From Phoronis australis (Eukaryota; Animalia; Phoronida): DNA of 64,000 bases. Shown here piece after piece: positions 1 through 12,268 of the stretch (position 1 is the stretch's first letter; each line of letters starts with the position of its first letter). The stretch is from NCBI GenBank assembly GCA_002633005.1, contig NMRA01000168.1, positions 65,129 through 129,128 on the forward strand. Direction: 5' to 3'. A model generated the notes under the pieces. The model had not been told where the DNA came from, did not search any database, and saw only the letters and a list, made by a program, of their open reading frames with translations. A program made the translations under genes and the position numbers.

Positions 1-798
1 TCGCTTTCTTAGTAGTGTCGGTGACGTCATTGTCTACTAAAAAGAGGTCCATTCGTGCTCGGAAGGAACGAAAACAATCGCACAGTGGCTCATACTGCCA
101 ATTCATGACGGGCATTGGGGTTGTCATTGTCGATTTGTGCGCAGGCGGTGACGGCGAGGTGAGGTCACGGGTGAGGTCGGCACAACTTCCCGATAATTTT
201 GACAGTCAAATGTTTTTAAAAAATCACTTTCAATAGTTACTTGAGTGTTCTATAATCCTACCGTTGCCACCATGTCGGATTATTTCGTGGGTAGTTTGAC
301 TATAATCAAGTAAACACAAGCTGACAACGCGAGGATGAGAACAGTGATCGTTTATTCGACTTCCGACGATAAGAAAAGGGAATGCCGGGAGCGTCACCTA
401 GTAGTGAACATAGATAATACAACAATGTTCTTTTTGCCAGCGCGAACATAAACAAAAACACTGAACTTTCTTGTGCAGTTAGAGGGCTGTCACGTGACAG
501 ATTAGTAGATGTTTGTTAGAAATCTTAAAATGGGACCACCATTGGAAATAGGGTGAAGAAAGTAGCTTTCCCAAGAAATTTTCATTATAAGAAATATTTG
601 GAGCAACGCGCTCACAGGATTTTTAGAGGCTCCAATACCGTCCATAAACGTTTACGTTTCGGGTGATGCGAACCAGATTTGGAAAATTTGTATTGTGGGC
701 CCCTCCATTTTCAGTATGTGGAGAAGCAAAGATACGGTTCTCCACTGAGTAAGTGATCAAAGAACTGTAGGTGTCACAGTACTGTTTAAAGCATTTAA

Positions 799-3654
799 GA
801 GGCATTATCTGAGAAAACCTTCAGAGGTCGGCGGAGGCAAGTTAAAATGCATGGATTTTGACAATGGGTTTTATTAAGGATATCAAACAATAAAATAAAA
901 GTTATTTTAAAAATCCAAAAAATGTTTTTGTATGGATTACTGCACATCCAATATTCCCATGTATTCCAATAGGGAAATGGGTAGTAAGTGTAGAATTTCA
1001 AAAGGCTTTTATTAGAAAGTGGTTCTTAACTATTTAAAGTGAGATATTTTCTTCTACCAAACTAAGGTGAAATAAAAATATTCCATCGTCAAATTTGTGG
1101 CAGTTCCTGTGAAATGCCGCCTAATACGCAGAATTTTGGGCAATTCTATGAAGCTCTCCAGCATTGGAGGTAAAATTGAACAGTTTACCAAAACAGGAAA
1201 AGTCGATAGCGTCTGTTTGTACAGCGATTTCCTTCGAAATTTGGCTCTTATTTATGTACGGATAAATGGTATTTATTTAATAATTAGTAGAACAATGTTT
1301 ATTTGTTGTTTTTTCTTCGCGTAGAATCGGTTGCTGTTATTACAATACCACTAAGCAGTGTTTAGTGATCATTAGCAGGCCCCGCCAGACTCGATTTCCT
1401 AGTCAATCGACGAAAGTTGCGATTGTGTTTGAAATTCTTGCTACATGTAGTTTGATAACGTATTAAGCAATTTCTAGTATTCACTCCTTCAACTGGCTAT
1501 TATTTCAAGAACTGGGTCGTGTACGGTGATTCCCTCATAAGTCGACGTAACTTAGGCTTAACAAAAGCTAGCCTTGGCACAAAGCCAGCTGGCTAGGCTG
1601 GCTAACCAAAGCCAACGATTCAGTCAAGGTGACGTTTTGATATACGCCTTTTGGATAATGGAGTGGAATTTTTGACAATAATCAGTACAAAATTGGCAAA
1701 AGAATAAAATTGCTAAAGAGGAGGGGGGGCATATTTTTGCAAATTAGATTTGTTGCCTCAACGTGAGCAAAATACAAATATTTCTTTACAAAATACCCAA
1801 ATATCAAGGAATTTGTATCACAACTACACACTTCAGTGCAAGTTGTCGAATGTAGAATATTCACTTTCAGTTACACAAGTTATGAAATCTTCAGACAGTT
1901 TTGAAAAAGCCGCCGACTTTGAAAAAGTGTTCTGTAAACAATTAAATCATTGTATACCATATATGCATAACCCCCAAAAATCGCACCAGAGTTTATTCTT
2001 TTTTAATAGTAAGACACTGGACTACCCACAATAAGAATCGTCAATGTCAGTTCAAAGCTGCACGCCACCAAGAACAATGTGCTTTCGATTTCAATTTTAT
2101 AGAACACCGCAATTTATAATCACTATTGCCCATCAACAGGAACTCCACATTATTTTCAAATGTTTCTTTCATTAGCGGATCTAATATACCATAAGGGGGG
2201 CCAAGATGGTGCCTCGGAGAATTGGGCATAGCGCAATCATATGCACAGGTGGCCTGAAAAGAAGTTGCTGGGGTTGGCGATGTGGACCCTGGTGTACCCA
2301 AATTCTATCGGACTAAAAAAACGGGAACACTGCAGCTGTTTAATTTTCCTTGCACCAGCCAGGGAAGCGGGCCCCCTCCCCCCCCCCAAAAANCCCCCAA
2401 AAAAAAATCCTCCTATGACTTTAATGCCTGAAACATTTGAGTTTTCCATCTCACATCAGATTATAATTTTCTACCATCCTTTTTTGTTTTCCAGTTTCAC
2501 TGGGCAGAAGATAATCGTACATGCCGACCATTCTGAGTCTCTAAGTTCAGTAATAGGCAATGGTTTTGTAATAAAATGAATGTTGAAAAGGTCTCTTAAT
2601 ATTGGTATCGAACAAACATGACTGTGTATTTATTTTTCAATAACTCTCACTACATTATTGAAATGGAGTTACAAAGGAAAAATCCAATGTATTTTAGAAT
2701 TGTGATGACAGAACAGAAACAATAAGTTTCCTCACATGTTAAATAGTCTATGGTGACCTTCGTACCATGAAACATGGTCCAGTTACGCATATCGTTGTTT
2801 TACTTGTGGATTGTCTGTCTAGTAGGCATTATGTCCTCAATAGAACAACATCTAACTCTGAACAGAGCGTGCGATTCTATGAAAAGAGGTCATTAAACTG
2901 CAAGAATCTAATATTTGTTCATATGCAAAAGAACTCGAATATCTATTAATATATTATGATCTTCAAGTAATGTAAAAACATACATAACTAGCTTCTAAAA
3001 CCCATACTTTCAACCATAAATTAGATGAAAACATGAATACTTCAAAGTTGCACCATCATGAACTACTAGATAATGTATACATAACATCTTATCTAGAAAG
3101 GCAATACCTAGGTCCAATAACTTCACATAAAGCTGACAAAATTTCTATATTTCATGGACACAGAAGTTCCACTAATCTGTCAAGTAATATTGGAGAAAGT
3201 TTATCCAAGTTTAGCTGAGTCTGACAGAGTTCTCTTGAAGTCTGCTCAATGTTACATAGAAAACTATATGTACTGTGTGAAACAAAATTTGGATCAAAAT
3301 CCAAAAAACAAACTAAGGAAAATCATTTCCAACACACAGGAAGTCTAAACGAAAGGCGCACAGAAGTCTATGTAAATCAATCAAAACTCCATAAAATAAA
3401 CTTATCTTGTGGCTTCCAGCTCTATGAGTGTTGGCATTCTTTTTGTCTTTTTGGACATTCTTGTCCTGTGTGTGAAAAAATCACGACGGAAGGTATTTAT
3501 TATTTTTTTATATAGAATGACTCCAGATAAAAAAACAGACCTGGTTTAATTATTCATATGTGAGTACAACTTGGTGTGCAAAGTATCAACTTAATTGATG
3601 AAAGTACCTCCGCCAACATTTTGCAATTTTGCAGGTTTTCTCAGATAATGCCTC
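799..3654. mobile_element. Non-autonomous Kolobok-like DNA transposon
   Basis: Perfect 22-bp TIR GAGGCATTATCTGAGAAAACCT (799-820) / AGGTTTTCTCAGATAATGCCTC (3633-3654), flanked by TTAA on both sides (795-798, 3655-3658). RR...YY ends with a TTAA TSD fit Kolobok. No coding remnant recognised. Confidence 0.8.
2170..2417. mobile_element. MITE with 5-bp TSD (hAT5-like), nested in the Kolobok-like element
   Basis: Ends CATTAGCGGAT...ATCCTCCTATG; flanks TCTTT/ACTTT. The body is the reverse complement of the copy at 26464-26735. Confidence 0.6.
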
Positions 3655-4334
3655 TTAAGCTTCAAAGCTTGCACATAAAAAACTACAGACCCCAAAAAGT
3701 GTAGACTCATAAAATGAGTATATCTGACAAAGGTAGCATTTTGGCACAATCGCGGGGCCTCCGATTAGCGGCGTGTGAATTATTCTGAAATCGTTCAATT
3801 TTACAGAAAGCTAGTGTTCCCCAGTGGACATACTGTCTCACCAAAAGTTTTCCTTCTCAAAAGTGAAAATTACGCCCATTTTGTTTTTGCGTTGAGATAA
3901 CCGTTGTATGAGCATTTCAGTAGGGACCCTACGCTTCGACTTATGCTACAGGTGCTGCAATTGCTTACTCCGGCATTGGTAACTGACTACCTTTGTCACC
4001 GAGAATGACATTATAATTCATGAAACCCAATATTCAAAATGATAGGAAAAAACCTGTAATGACTGACCAGGTTTTGTAAAATATATGGATTCCTTGGCTT
4101 TTTATGTACATATTTTATAAAATATTTGAAAACCTGACCTTTGGTAACGAAGGTAAATCAGATAACTTTGAAATTTCTATTTCAATGTACACACCTACAT
4201 ATACACGAAAATTTTGCTGTTTTTCGAAAATTGAGATAACTTCGACTAAACAAGCACCTCAAAAACAGTTGCATACTTTGATTAACTCAAATACTACGCA
4301 ACATTTTCATCGACTCTGAAATCCCTGTCTAAGC

Positions 4335-4850
4335 GTTGGACAATTATCACACGTTTTGATTAATCGCATACTACTACACTGTATCTACATGTTTTTATAA
4401 ATAGTATACAACTTTTGAATCGCTGTCTACATATTTTGAAAAATCGCGTACGACCTTGGGACCACAATCTACAGATTTTAATTTATCTTTTACGTCTTTA
4501 GGACCACTATTTACGGATTTTAATAAATCGTATAAGACTTGGACCACTATCTACATATTTTGATTAATCGCGCACGACGTTAGAACCGCTATCTGCATAT
4601 TATGATTAATCGTATACGACATTTGGACCACAATCTACATATTTTGATTGATTGTACACGACTTTTTACCGCTATTCACAGATTTTAATAAATAACTTAT
4701 ATGACTTTTGGACCACCATGACTTTTGGACCGCTATCTACATATTTTGATAAATCGTGTATGTATACGACTTTTGAACACTATTTACAAATTTCGATTTA
4801 CCGTATACGACCCTTGGACAACTATTCACATATTTTGATAAATCGTAAAA
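4335..4850. repeat. Degenerate minisatellite, unit about 42-44 bp
   Basis: Roughly a dozen diverged copies of GGACCACTATCTACATATTTTGATTAATCGTATACGACTTTT. Confidence 0.8.
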
Positions 4851-4866
4851 GATTTTGTGTTAAATT

Positions 4867-5592
4867 GATGCTATTTCGCCAGTGCTGTGGCGTTGCTGAT
4901 TGATAAAATTCACGGGTCGCTCCTGTGCGGGTACTTGTGATTGGTTGTGTAATCCATTCACACCATTTCATTAAAAAATAGGCGGTCTGGTACACGTTTC
5001 TCAGGCCGCGTAGGTGGGTCCATTGCACTGATCACTTGGAACCATTTTTATGCTTTATCAATTTATAGTTAAAGCCGAGCTGAGGAGCTGTATACCTGAC
5101 TCTAGGGTCTAGCAGTGTGCCCAAGTGAGACTCAACCCCACGCCCTTGAGCAAACGAATCGGAGACTTTTCCCGCTAAGCCATACTGCCTCCTGTTTAAA
5201 ATAACTGGAAGTGATTGCCCAGCTGCCTCCTTAATCTCTCGAAAATACGAATAAAACGTAACCTATTCTGTTTAATCAATGTACAAGTCGTATAAGGCGG
5301 TTTAGCTCGAAAAGTTGAGCTGTACACACCCATCGTGAAGAAGTGATGCTATTCCGGGAGCGGTGTGGCGATGCTGAATTAGAAAATTCACGGGTCGCCC
5401 TGTGAGGGTGCTGTTCGTCGGTCGTGTAATCCATTCACATCATTTCATTACTAGGTGTCCTAATAACGGCCAGTAGTAGGCCATCAGTCTCCTTGGTTTC
5501 TCGAAAATCCGAATGAAACCTGGCCTGCTTTATTTAACCAATGGAGAAGTCGTATTCCACTGTTTAACTCGATAAGTCGATCTGTATACATA
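4867..5592. repeat. Old tandem duplication, two units of about 250 bp (first unit carries a SINE insertion)
   Basis: 4867-4973 resembles 5345-5450 (GATGCTATT...AAAATTCACGGGTCGC...GTGTAATCCATTCACA), and 5228-5330 resembles 5490-5592. Confidence 0.65.
5077..5193 (-). mobile_element. tRNA-derived SINE
   Basis: Minus strand shows A-box-like TGGCTTAGCGG and B-box-like GGTTGAGTCTC, then CTGCTAGACCCTAGAGTCAGG...AGCTCCTCAGCTC. Second copy at 49712-49830. Confidence 0.7.
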
Positions 5593-5665
5593 CTCCGATA
5601 CCCTAAGGTGAAAAATGGCCGGTGAGAAATCGAGAACTGCTTAAACCAAAATTGAATATTTGCAG

Positions 5666-5814
5666 CCCGTATCCTGGATTACAATGAATTCCAGTATGTG
5701 TTTAAAGACAGTCCAGGGGTCGATTACGCCACAGCACAACAGCATTGCCAAACATTTGGAGGTCACTTGGCTACACCGTTAAACGACGCTGAAAATGAAT
5801 GGATTAGACAAAAG
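5666..5814 (+). CDS. C-type lectin gene, CTLD1 exon 1 (upstream signal/start exons not identified)
   Basis: tttgcag|...|gtaaaa, phase 1/0. Encodes RILDYNEFQYVFKDSPGVDYATAQQHCQTFGGHLATPLNDAENEWIRQK (A-x3-C-x3-GGHLA...ENEWI CTLD motif). Confidence 0.9.
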
Positions 5815-6067
5815 GTAAAAGTGGCTAAGTGAATTGGTCCGTTTATTCTCACCTGTGAATGGCTACAGTTCATCCTTTTGTTCTATTCGTCAACAGAACA
5901 GAGTTCAGTAATGCCAGGGCCTTGCTAAAAGGCAAGACTTCGCGAGATTACGTGAGATGTTGCTGTGTATTTCAAAATATGAACACGTGATTTTGGTTAG
6001 ATTTTTCTAGTCGTGAGGCAACCCAGATCGCACGTGCTGCACGTGTCTATGTCCGAAGGATTAGTAC

Positions 6068-8474
6068 CATAGACATCTTAATAGTATAGACCGGGAACAC
6101 GAGCCACTGCAGCTGACAACTTCAGTGACGCCATACTGGAGAGTGCCAATAGTTACGTGGCACGGCTAATTGCCGAGTAAACAAACAGGGTAAATTGCCC
6201 TTTTCAAAGCGCGATATCTAATAAATAAAGAGGCCGAAGAGTTTGATTTTTCCAGAAACATACAAAACCATGTGATGTAGCACTTACATACATGCGTTTT
6301 TTAAGAGTTAATCAGTCGATAAGGAAAATATCAAACTATTAGAAGATCGCAACCAGTGGCAGATTCTCGAGTGGCCTGAGCACCTGCACGCCCGTCAATC
6401 CATTGCGAGAGTTATTAATTTTTGCGTTTTTTTCAAGAGAAACCACTAGGATCGCGCAAATATATTATTTAATCCGTATCCCTCGATGCAAATATTATAT
6501 CCTGCAGACGTGCCGCTCACTCGGGACATACTTTCGTGGTGCCCCAATAAGCCTTTTCACTAAGTGTTGAACAATGACCTCGGGTAACTTTGTGAAATTA
6601 AAATATGACCAGGGACAAAATTTAATGCGAACTACTGTGAATAATGTTAGGGTGTTCTCCCGTTCAGTACAGAGGTTGTGAGCGTGTGACACCATCTCGC
6701 TCCTTTGTTAACTGCCGAGTATAGTCTTTTGTCTCTTAGGACAACATCCAGATAAAATATCTACCAGGCTTATAACCGATAACATGTGAACACAGTCAAA
6801 CCCAGTACGTTGGTACGTTCGGACAGAATAGATTGTCTTAACTCTGATTGTAGTTGGGCGATTTTGGTGATTCAAAAACTATAAGCTTGATCAGTATTTG
6901 ATGGGCAATTCATAAATGTCATTGGTTTATGTTCAAACATTTTATAACTTAGCTTGTTTTTAACAGCACAGCCCAATGAGGATATAAGATACGATCTTAT
7001 CGGAGATTAGAGCAATTATCGAACCAATGAGCGCTGAACCTCCAACCCTAATTGCCAGAATGGACGTAATCAGTCGTCATTCTAAGATATTGGCTACAGC
7101 GGTCATCCACCCAACTTGTGATATACAACTTAACAAGTTAGACTCAACGGGAGAACGCCATAATGTGAAAAGCAAAGAACACTCATTCAGTTCCTTTCCT
7201 ATGCTTCGCTCGGAATTGCCAACGTACAAATATTCTTCTCTCACGCACGGTATTCCTCACTCACGTATCTGAAGTCACCCCGATCAAGCATCAGGCACTT
7301 GTTGGCGTTTTGTAGTATCCCCACACTGTGTATATGTGTGCTCACAAAGAGATCACTGAGCCACCCATTAGTTCGGTTCCCGTATGCATCCCCGCCCTTA
7401 ATCTGATATACATGTACGTACTGCGTGACCCTTAGCCGAGAAATTTAAAATAAGTTTTTCTCTCACGCTCGTTGTCTGCTTATGCGAACCCCCTGTTGCG
7501 GGGAAACCGTTGAATAATGACAAGACAGATTTTCACGGACGTGGGGTCATTTTTTCATGGGCTGAAAATTCTTCATATTAAATTTAGATCCTGGGAAAAA
7601 ACCAACCGGGGTCATTTTTCACGGGGTCATAACTAATGCTACATCAGCTCGGTTGGGTATATTTCCATTCAGTGTCGAGTGGAAAATTCTGTATTTTCGG
7701 TAAAGGTTGGATGCTCAATTCAGTAGTACACGTTTGAGATTTTGGTTACTATGCACTTTACTTTTTTGCGCATGTTTCATCACAAAACAGAGAACTCGTA
7801 AGCAAGCAGTGCAAATCTACAAAATTTCCAATATCAACTTCGACATAAGTACAGATTTTGCAGGGATTTGTTTGTTTTGATACAACAGAAAAATCTGATT
7901 TTGGAATACATATTAAGAAATGAGTTTTTAAAGCAGTATATATTTCAATAGAGAATACACTACTCACTTAGATGTACTGATTTCGATGGCTAGCGAGTAA
8001 GTTCGACGATGTTATTTTTCAGTACAAGTAAAAATACATATGACTGTCATTAATACCAAATGTTTACTTAAATATAATTAGCAAACAGCACCATCATTGG
8101 ATAACAGCATATGGTGGTCAATAATTATCCTTTTAATTGATCTTATATGGTCTCAATCACCAAGACTGATGTGGAAACAACGCATATAGTCGCTCCGCTT
8201 AAACTATGGTGGTAGAACATAAAAACCTAGTTGCAGCACCACTAAACTCCATGGCCGAACCAAAAATCCCATGACTCAATAACAGAGCCAAAAAACTTAA
8301 CTCTTTGGCTGCAGGCATAACACTGCGAGCCATCCGCATTTCGTGCTGGTATCGCAGGGCTCCCAGTGTTTTCCGCCATTTTGTCCTATGTAGCACTTTC
8401 CAGTGCGGCGTCATATTGGCAACGCGAGATGCATGTATCCGAGTGGCGCGCGCCCGGCCTATGTGACGTCTATG
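6068..8474 (+). mobile_element. Non-autonomous CATAGAC-ended DNA transposon, copy A (8-bp TSD, hAT-like)
   Basis: Starts CATAGACATC, ends GACGTCTATG; flanked by ATTAGTAC at 6060-6067 and 8475-8482. Confidence 0.85.
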
Positions 8475-8482
8475 ATTAGTAC

Positions 8483-10923
8483 TATAGACATCACAAACAC
8501 CGGGCGCGCGCCACTCAGATATATGTAGCTCGCGTTGTCAATATGACGCCATATTGGAGAGTGCTACACAGGACAAAAGTGGCGGAAAACACTGCTAGCT
8601 CTACGGCATCAGTCAGAAAATCCGCGGGCTCGCAGTGTTATGCTTGCAGCCAAATAGTTAAGTTTTTTGGTCCTGCCTTTGAGTTTAAAGGTGCTGCCAC
8701 TAGGTTCTGCCACCGTAGTTTAAGCGGAGCGATTATGCGTCGTTTCCACATCAGTCTTGGTGATTGAGACCATGTAAGATCAATTAAAAGATAATTATTG
8801 ACCAGCATATGCTGCTATCCAATGATGATAGTGTTTGTACTTAAGTAAATACTTGGTACCAATGACAATCATATGTATTTTTACTTGTTCTGAAAACTAA
8901 CATCCCCGAACCTACTCGCTAGTCATCAAAATCAGTACATCTAAGTGAATGATGTATTCTCTGATGAAATATACACATATATAAAAACTCATTTCTTAAT
9001 AAGTATTCCAAAAGCAGATTTCTTCTGTTATATTAAAGCAAACATATTCCTGCAAACTCTGTACTTATGTTAAAGTTGACATTGGAAATTTTGTGGATTT
9101 GCAAACCCTTGGTGCGCGCCAGGATTTGCCTGTCGGACTTTCGCACCCCTGAACTGCTAAATGTTATCTGGGAGAATTTTAGGTGGGGTCTTGGCCCCCC
9201 TCTAAATCTGCCACTGGGTTCCTCCGCAACAGGATGTTGGGATCAGCAGACACAATACCCACAATTGGCGATCTTTCAACAATGTTCGATACACGGATGT
9301 TTAGGTCTGGGGGTCACCTGAGTAACACGCGGCAAGGGAAATCTTGCATTTTCAATATATGCCGCAATTAGGGAGTGAAAGTACTGAACGGCGTGCAGGC
9401 CAGGAATACGATGTGGGGAAGCTGGGCTGAAGCGGAATCAATCACAATTTTTTAACAGTCCTTCGTTCAGTTGCCCAACTTGGCAACTGGCCATTTTTAC
9501 ACTCGTGCCAGGATATAATATATGACTACTGAACTGCACGAAGACTACCGGTAATCCAAAATACTTTTCCACTTATTAAGAATCATCCTATTGCAGCCAA
9601 GTTTTCTTTCTATGAAAGTCAAATTTGGAACCATGAGAACCGAGGCCAAGCGCGCGGCGGCTGAGGGACGTGCAGTAAGTATACCAAATTAAGGGCGGGG
9701 GTGGATAGGAACGGTTCGAACTGATGTGTGGGAGCAGGGTTGATCTCTTTGTGAGCACATAAATAAACGGTGTGCTGATACTATAAAATGCTGACAAGTG
9801 CCTGGTGCTTGATCAGGGATGATTTCAAATCCGTGAGACTGAGAGGAGTATCGTGAGCGAGAGAAGAATATTTGTCCGTTGGCAATCCCGAGAGATGCAT
9901 AGGAGAGGAATTGGGTCTGTGTTCTTTGCTTTTTACATTACGGAGTTCTCCCGTTTAGTCTTACTTGTTAGTTTGTATAGCGCAAGTTGGGCGGATAACA
10001 GCTGTAGCCAGTATCTTACACCGATGACAGATCATGTCCATTCTGGCAATTAGGATTGGAGGGTCAGCTCTCTTTTGTTCGATAGTTGCTCTAATCTGAC
10101 TCACTGGGCTGTGGTGTTAAAAATAAGATAAGTTATGAAATGTTTGAACATAAACCAATGACATTTCTGAATTCCCCATCAAATAGTGGTCATAGTTAAA
10201 GTTTTTGAATCACCAAAATCGCCCAACTACAATCGAAGTTAAGATTATCACACGCTCACAACCGTTGTACGTCTTGTAAAGTCACGGAACGGGAGAACAC
10301 CCTAATGAACTTTAAAAACTTGTCATTTATCAATATGACTCCAATGAGGTTATTTTTCACAGTTGTTTACATTAAATTTAGACCCCCAGTAAATGGGACC
10401 TGGGTCGAATTTTAATTTTACGTATTTACCCGGAGTCATCTTTAATACTGAAAACTAAGGCTTATTGGGGCACAACAAAAGTACGTCCCAAGTGAGCAGC
10501 ACGTTTCCTGGATATAATGTATTTGCATCGAGCGACAGGAATTAAATTATAAATTTTCGCGATCGTACTGGTTTCTCTTAAAGAAACGAAAAAAAATAAA
10601 ACGTTCACAGTGGATAACAAGCGTGCAGCCGCTCAGACAATTCGAGAATCTGCCACAGGTTGCGATCTTCTATTAGTTTGATACTTTCCCTATCGACTGG
10701 TTGACACTTAAAAAACGCATGTAAGTGCAACATCACAAATGGAAAAAATGAAACTCTTCCACAGCTTTATTTGTTAGATATCGCGCTTTGAAAAGAGCAA
10801 TTTGCCCCTTTTGTTTACATGGCAATTAGCCGTGTCACGTGACTAGTAGCACTCTCCAATATGGCGTTAAGTTGTCGGCTGCAGTAGCGCGTGCGCCCGG
10901 TCTACCGTATGAAGATGTCTATG
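8483..10923 (-). mobile_element. Non-autonomous CATAGAC-ended DNA transposon, copy B (inverted relative to A)
   Basis: Starts TATAGACATC, ends GATGTCTATG; flanked by ATTAGTAC at 8475-8482 and 10924-10931. 8483-9105 is the reverse complement of about 7810-8474, and 9655-10923 of about 6068-7440. Confidence 0.85.
9107..9216 (+). mobile_element. Partial MITE of the 44608/54148 family nested in copy B
   Basis: CCAGGATTTGCC...CGCACCCC...GGGAGAATTTTAGG...CTCTAAATCTGCCACTG matches 44668-44763. Confidence 0.6.
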
Positions 10924-12233
10924 ATTAGTACTATCAGCGCCAGAAGAAATTTAACAACAACAGTTGTTGCAGCAAAAGTAATTTCACAATCATGACAGAT
11001 AGTGTAAGTGATGTTTGTAGTGATCATGGTATCTGTGGTGGTGGGGGAACTCGCAGTGGTGGCAGAGCGAGCGGAGGTCATGGTAGTTGCAGTAGTGACA
11101 CAAAAGCCGCCAGTGAGTGAGAGGCTATAAACGTTTTTTTACCACTGAACTCGACTGAGTGAGAAACTCTGCCTCTGTAAAACTAGATGAGTCTCACAAT
11201 GCGTTTAATTTCTACCTTGAATCGCCGTTGCCGTTGCCGTAGTATCCACATAATGGAGACACTCCTTGTGGTTGTAGTACCGTAGTTGTAGAAGAAGTAG
11301 TACGGTGAAGGCGGTAGTAGCGGCCGCGTAATCGAAAGATATGGAACCGTCCAGCATGTTTTGGCGAAAGTGTTTTGTTAACATTCTCTATTTCTTGTCC
11401 CTCAGGCATCTTTCTTCGGAGTGAAGCTTCCTGTCTGGGTGGGTCTACGTAGTTCTCAACAAAGCGGATCGTGGGAAACACCCTTGCTTGACGCCGTAAC
11501 GTACACCAGTATGATTATGCATTTAGAAATATAGCTTGAAATCAATTTGGTGATGAGCTATTAAAATTGTTCGTTGTCTGGAGAGAGATTAGAAACGCAA
11601 AGACTTCGCTAAAAAGCAAGACTGCGAGATTGCATGAGATATTGCCATGTATTTTAAATTAGAACATTTGATATTGACTAGATTTGAGGGAGGTCCTAGC
11701 GTAGGTCCTCGTGTTACTAAGCCCTGGTCTTTAACTATTAACTCTTTCACCATTTTGTTGGCACGGAAGAATTTTTCAATTACTGGCTTTCAACATTTGG
11801 GCTTTTAGACCCTAAAATGTGATAATGGCCGAGGCATAGCTTTGGGGTCTGCAAACCAATACATTGACATATGTGAAAGTCAGTAATGGTTTTATTTTAT
11901 GATTACATCCGTTAAGTAATCCAGCTTTGCGCCGATGTGAATGAAAAAGCTGGCCAAATAAAATCTGAGACAACACAATTGTCATTAAAAATTGCACTAC
12001 TCCTGGAGAAAACTAAATTATTTACCAGTGTTTAAAAATGGCGTTTTGCCGTTGTTCTGCTGCTAAAGTTGTAGAGCGATGTTATGCGTCAGCTTTCGGC
12101 GCCATGAAAGATATCGTCACTTAGCGAATATATTCCTCCGTGTGACGTTATGAGGTACTTTGCTACATTTAGTAATATCAGATTTTGCAACGTATTTGGT
12201 GGGTTAACCATATTTTGGAATAAATTGAATTAG

Positions 12234-12268
12234 GCTATCCCGTCAAACTCCAAGGCTATGTGGATAGG
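12234..12268 (+). CDS. C-type lectin gene, CTLD1 exon 2, 5' part (interrupted)
   Basis: aattag| phase-0 acceptor, then AIPSNSKAMWIG, paralogous to ASSLGIAFSIWIG at 27671. Lectin similarity stops at CACTGG (12269). Confidence 0.6.

Larger units (their letters stand above)
5915..11726. mobile_element. Possible old hAT-like host element (CAGGGC...GCCCTG) containing the nested insertions
   Basis: CAGGGCCTTGCTAA versus TTACTAAGCCCTG imperfect inverted ends, with an internal ~80-bp direct repeat at 5924-6004 and 11608-11685. No clear TSD. Confidence 0.35.

Noticed and set aside
3924-3978. Possible upstream lectin micro-exon (...GAAIAYSGI g|gtaact, phase 1)
   Set aside because: Phase-compatible, but short with an ambiguous acceptor and no motif; needs RNA evidence.
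4335-4850. Regular ~43-bp repeats as a CRISPR-like array
   Set aside because: Units are contiguous and degenerate with no unique spacers, there are no cas genes, and the context is eukaryotic.
11212-11481. 89-aa ORF and possible hammerhead-like remnant
   Set aside because: Low-complexity context; the catalytic core is not recognisable.
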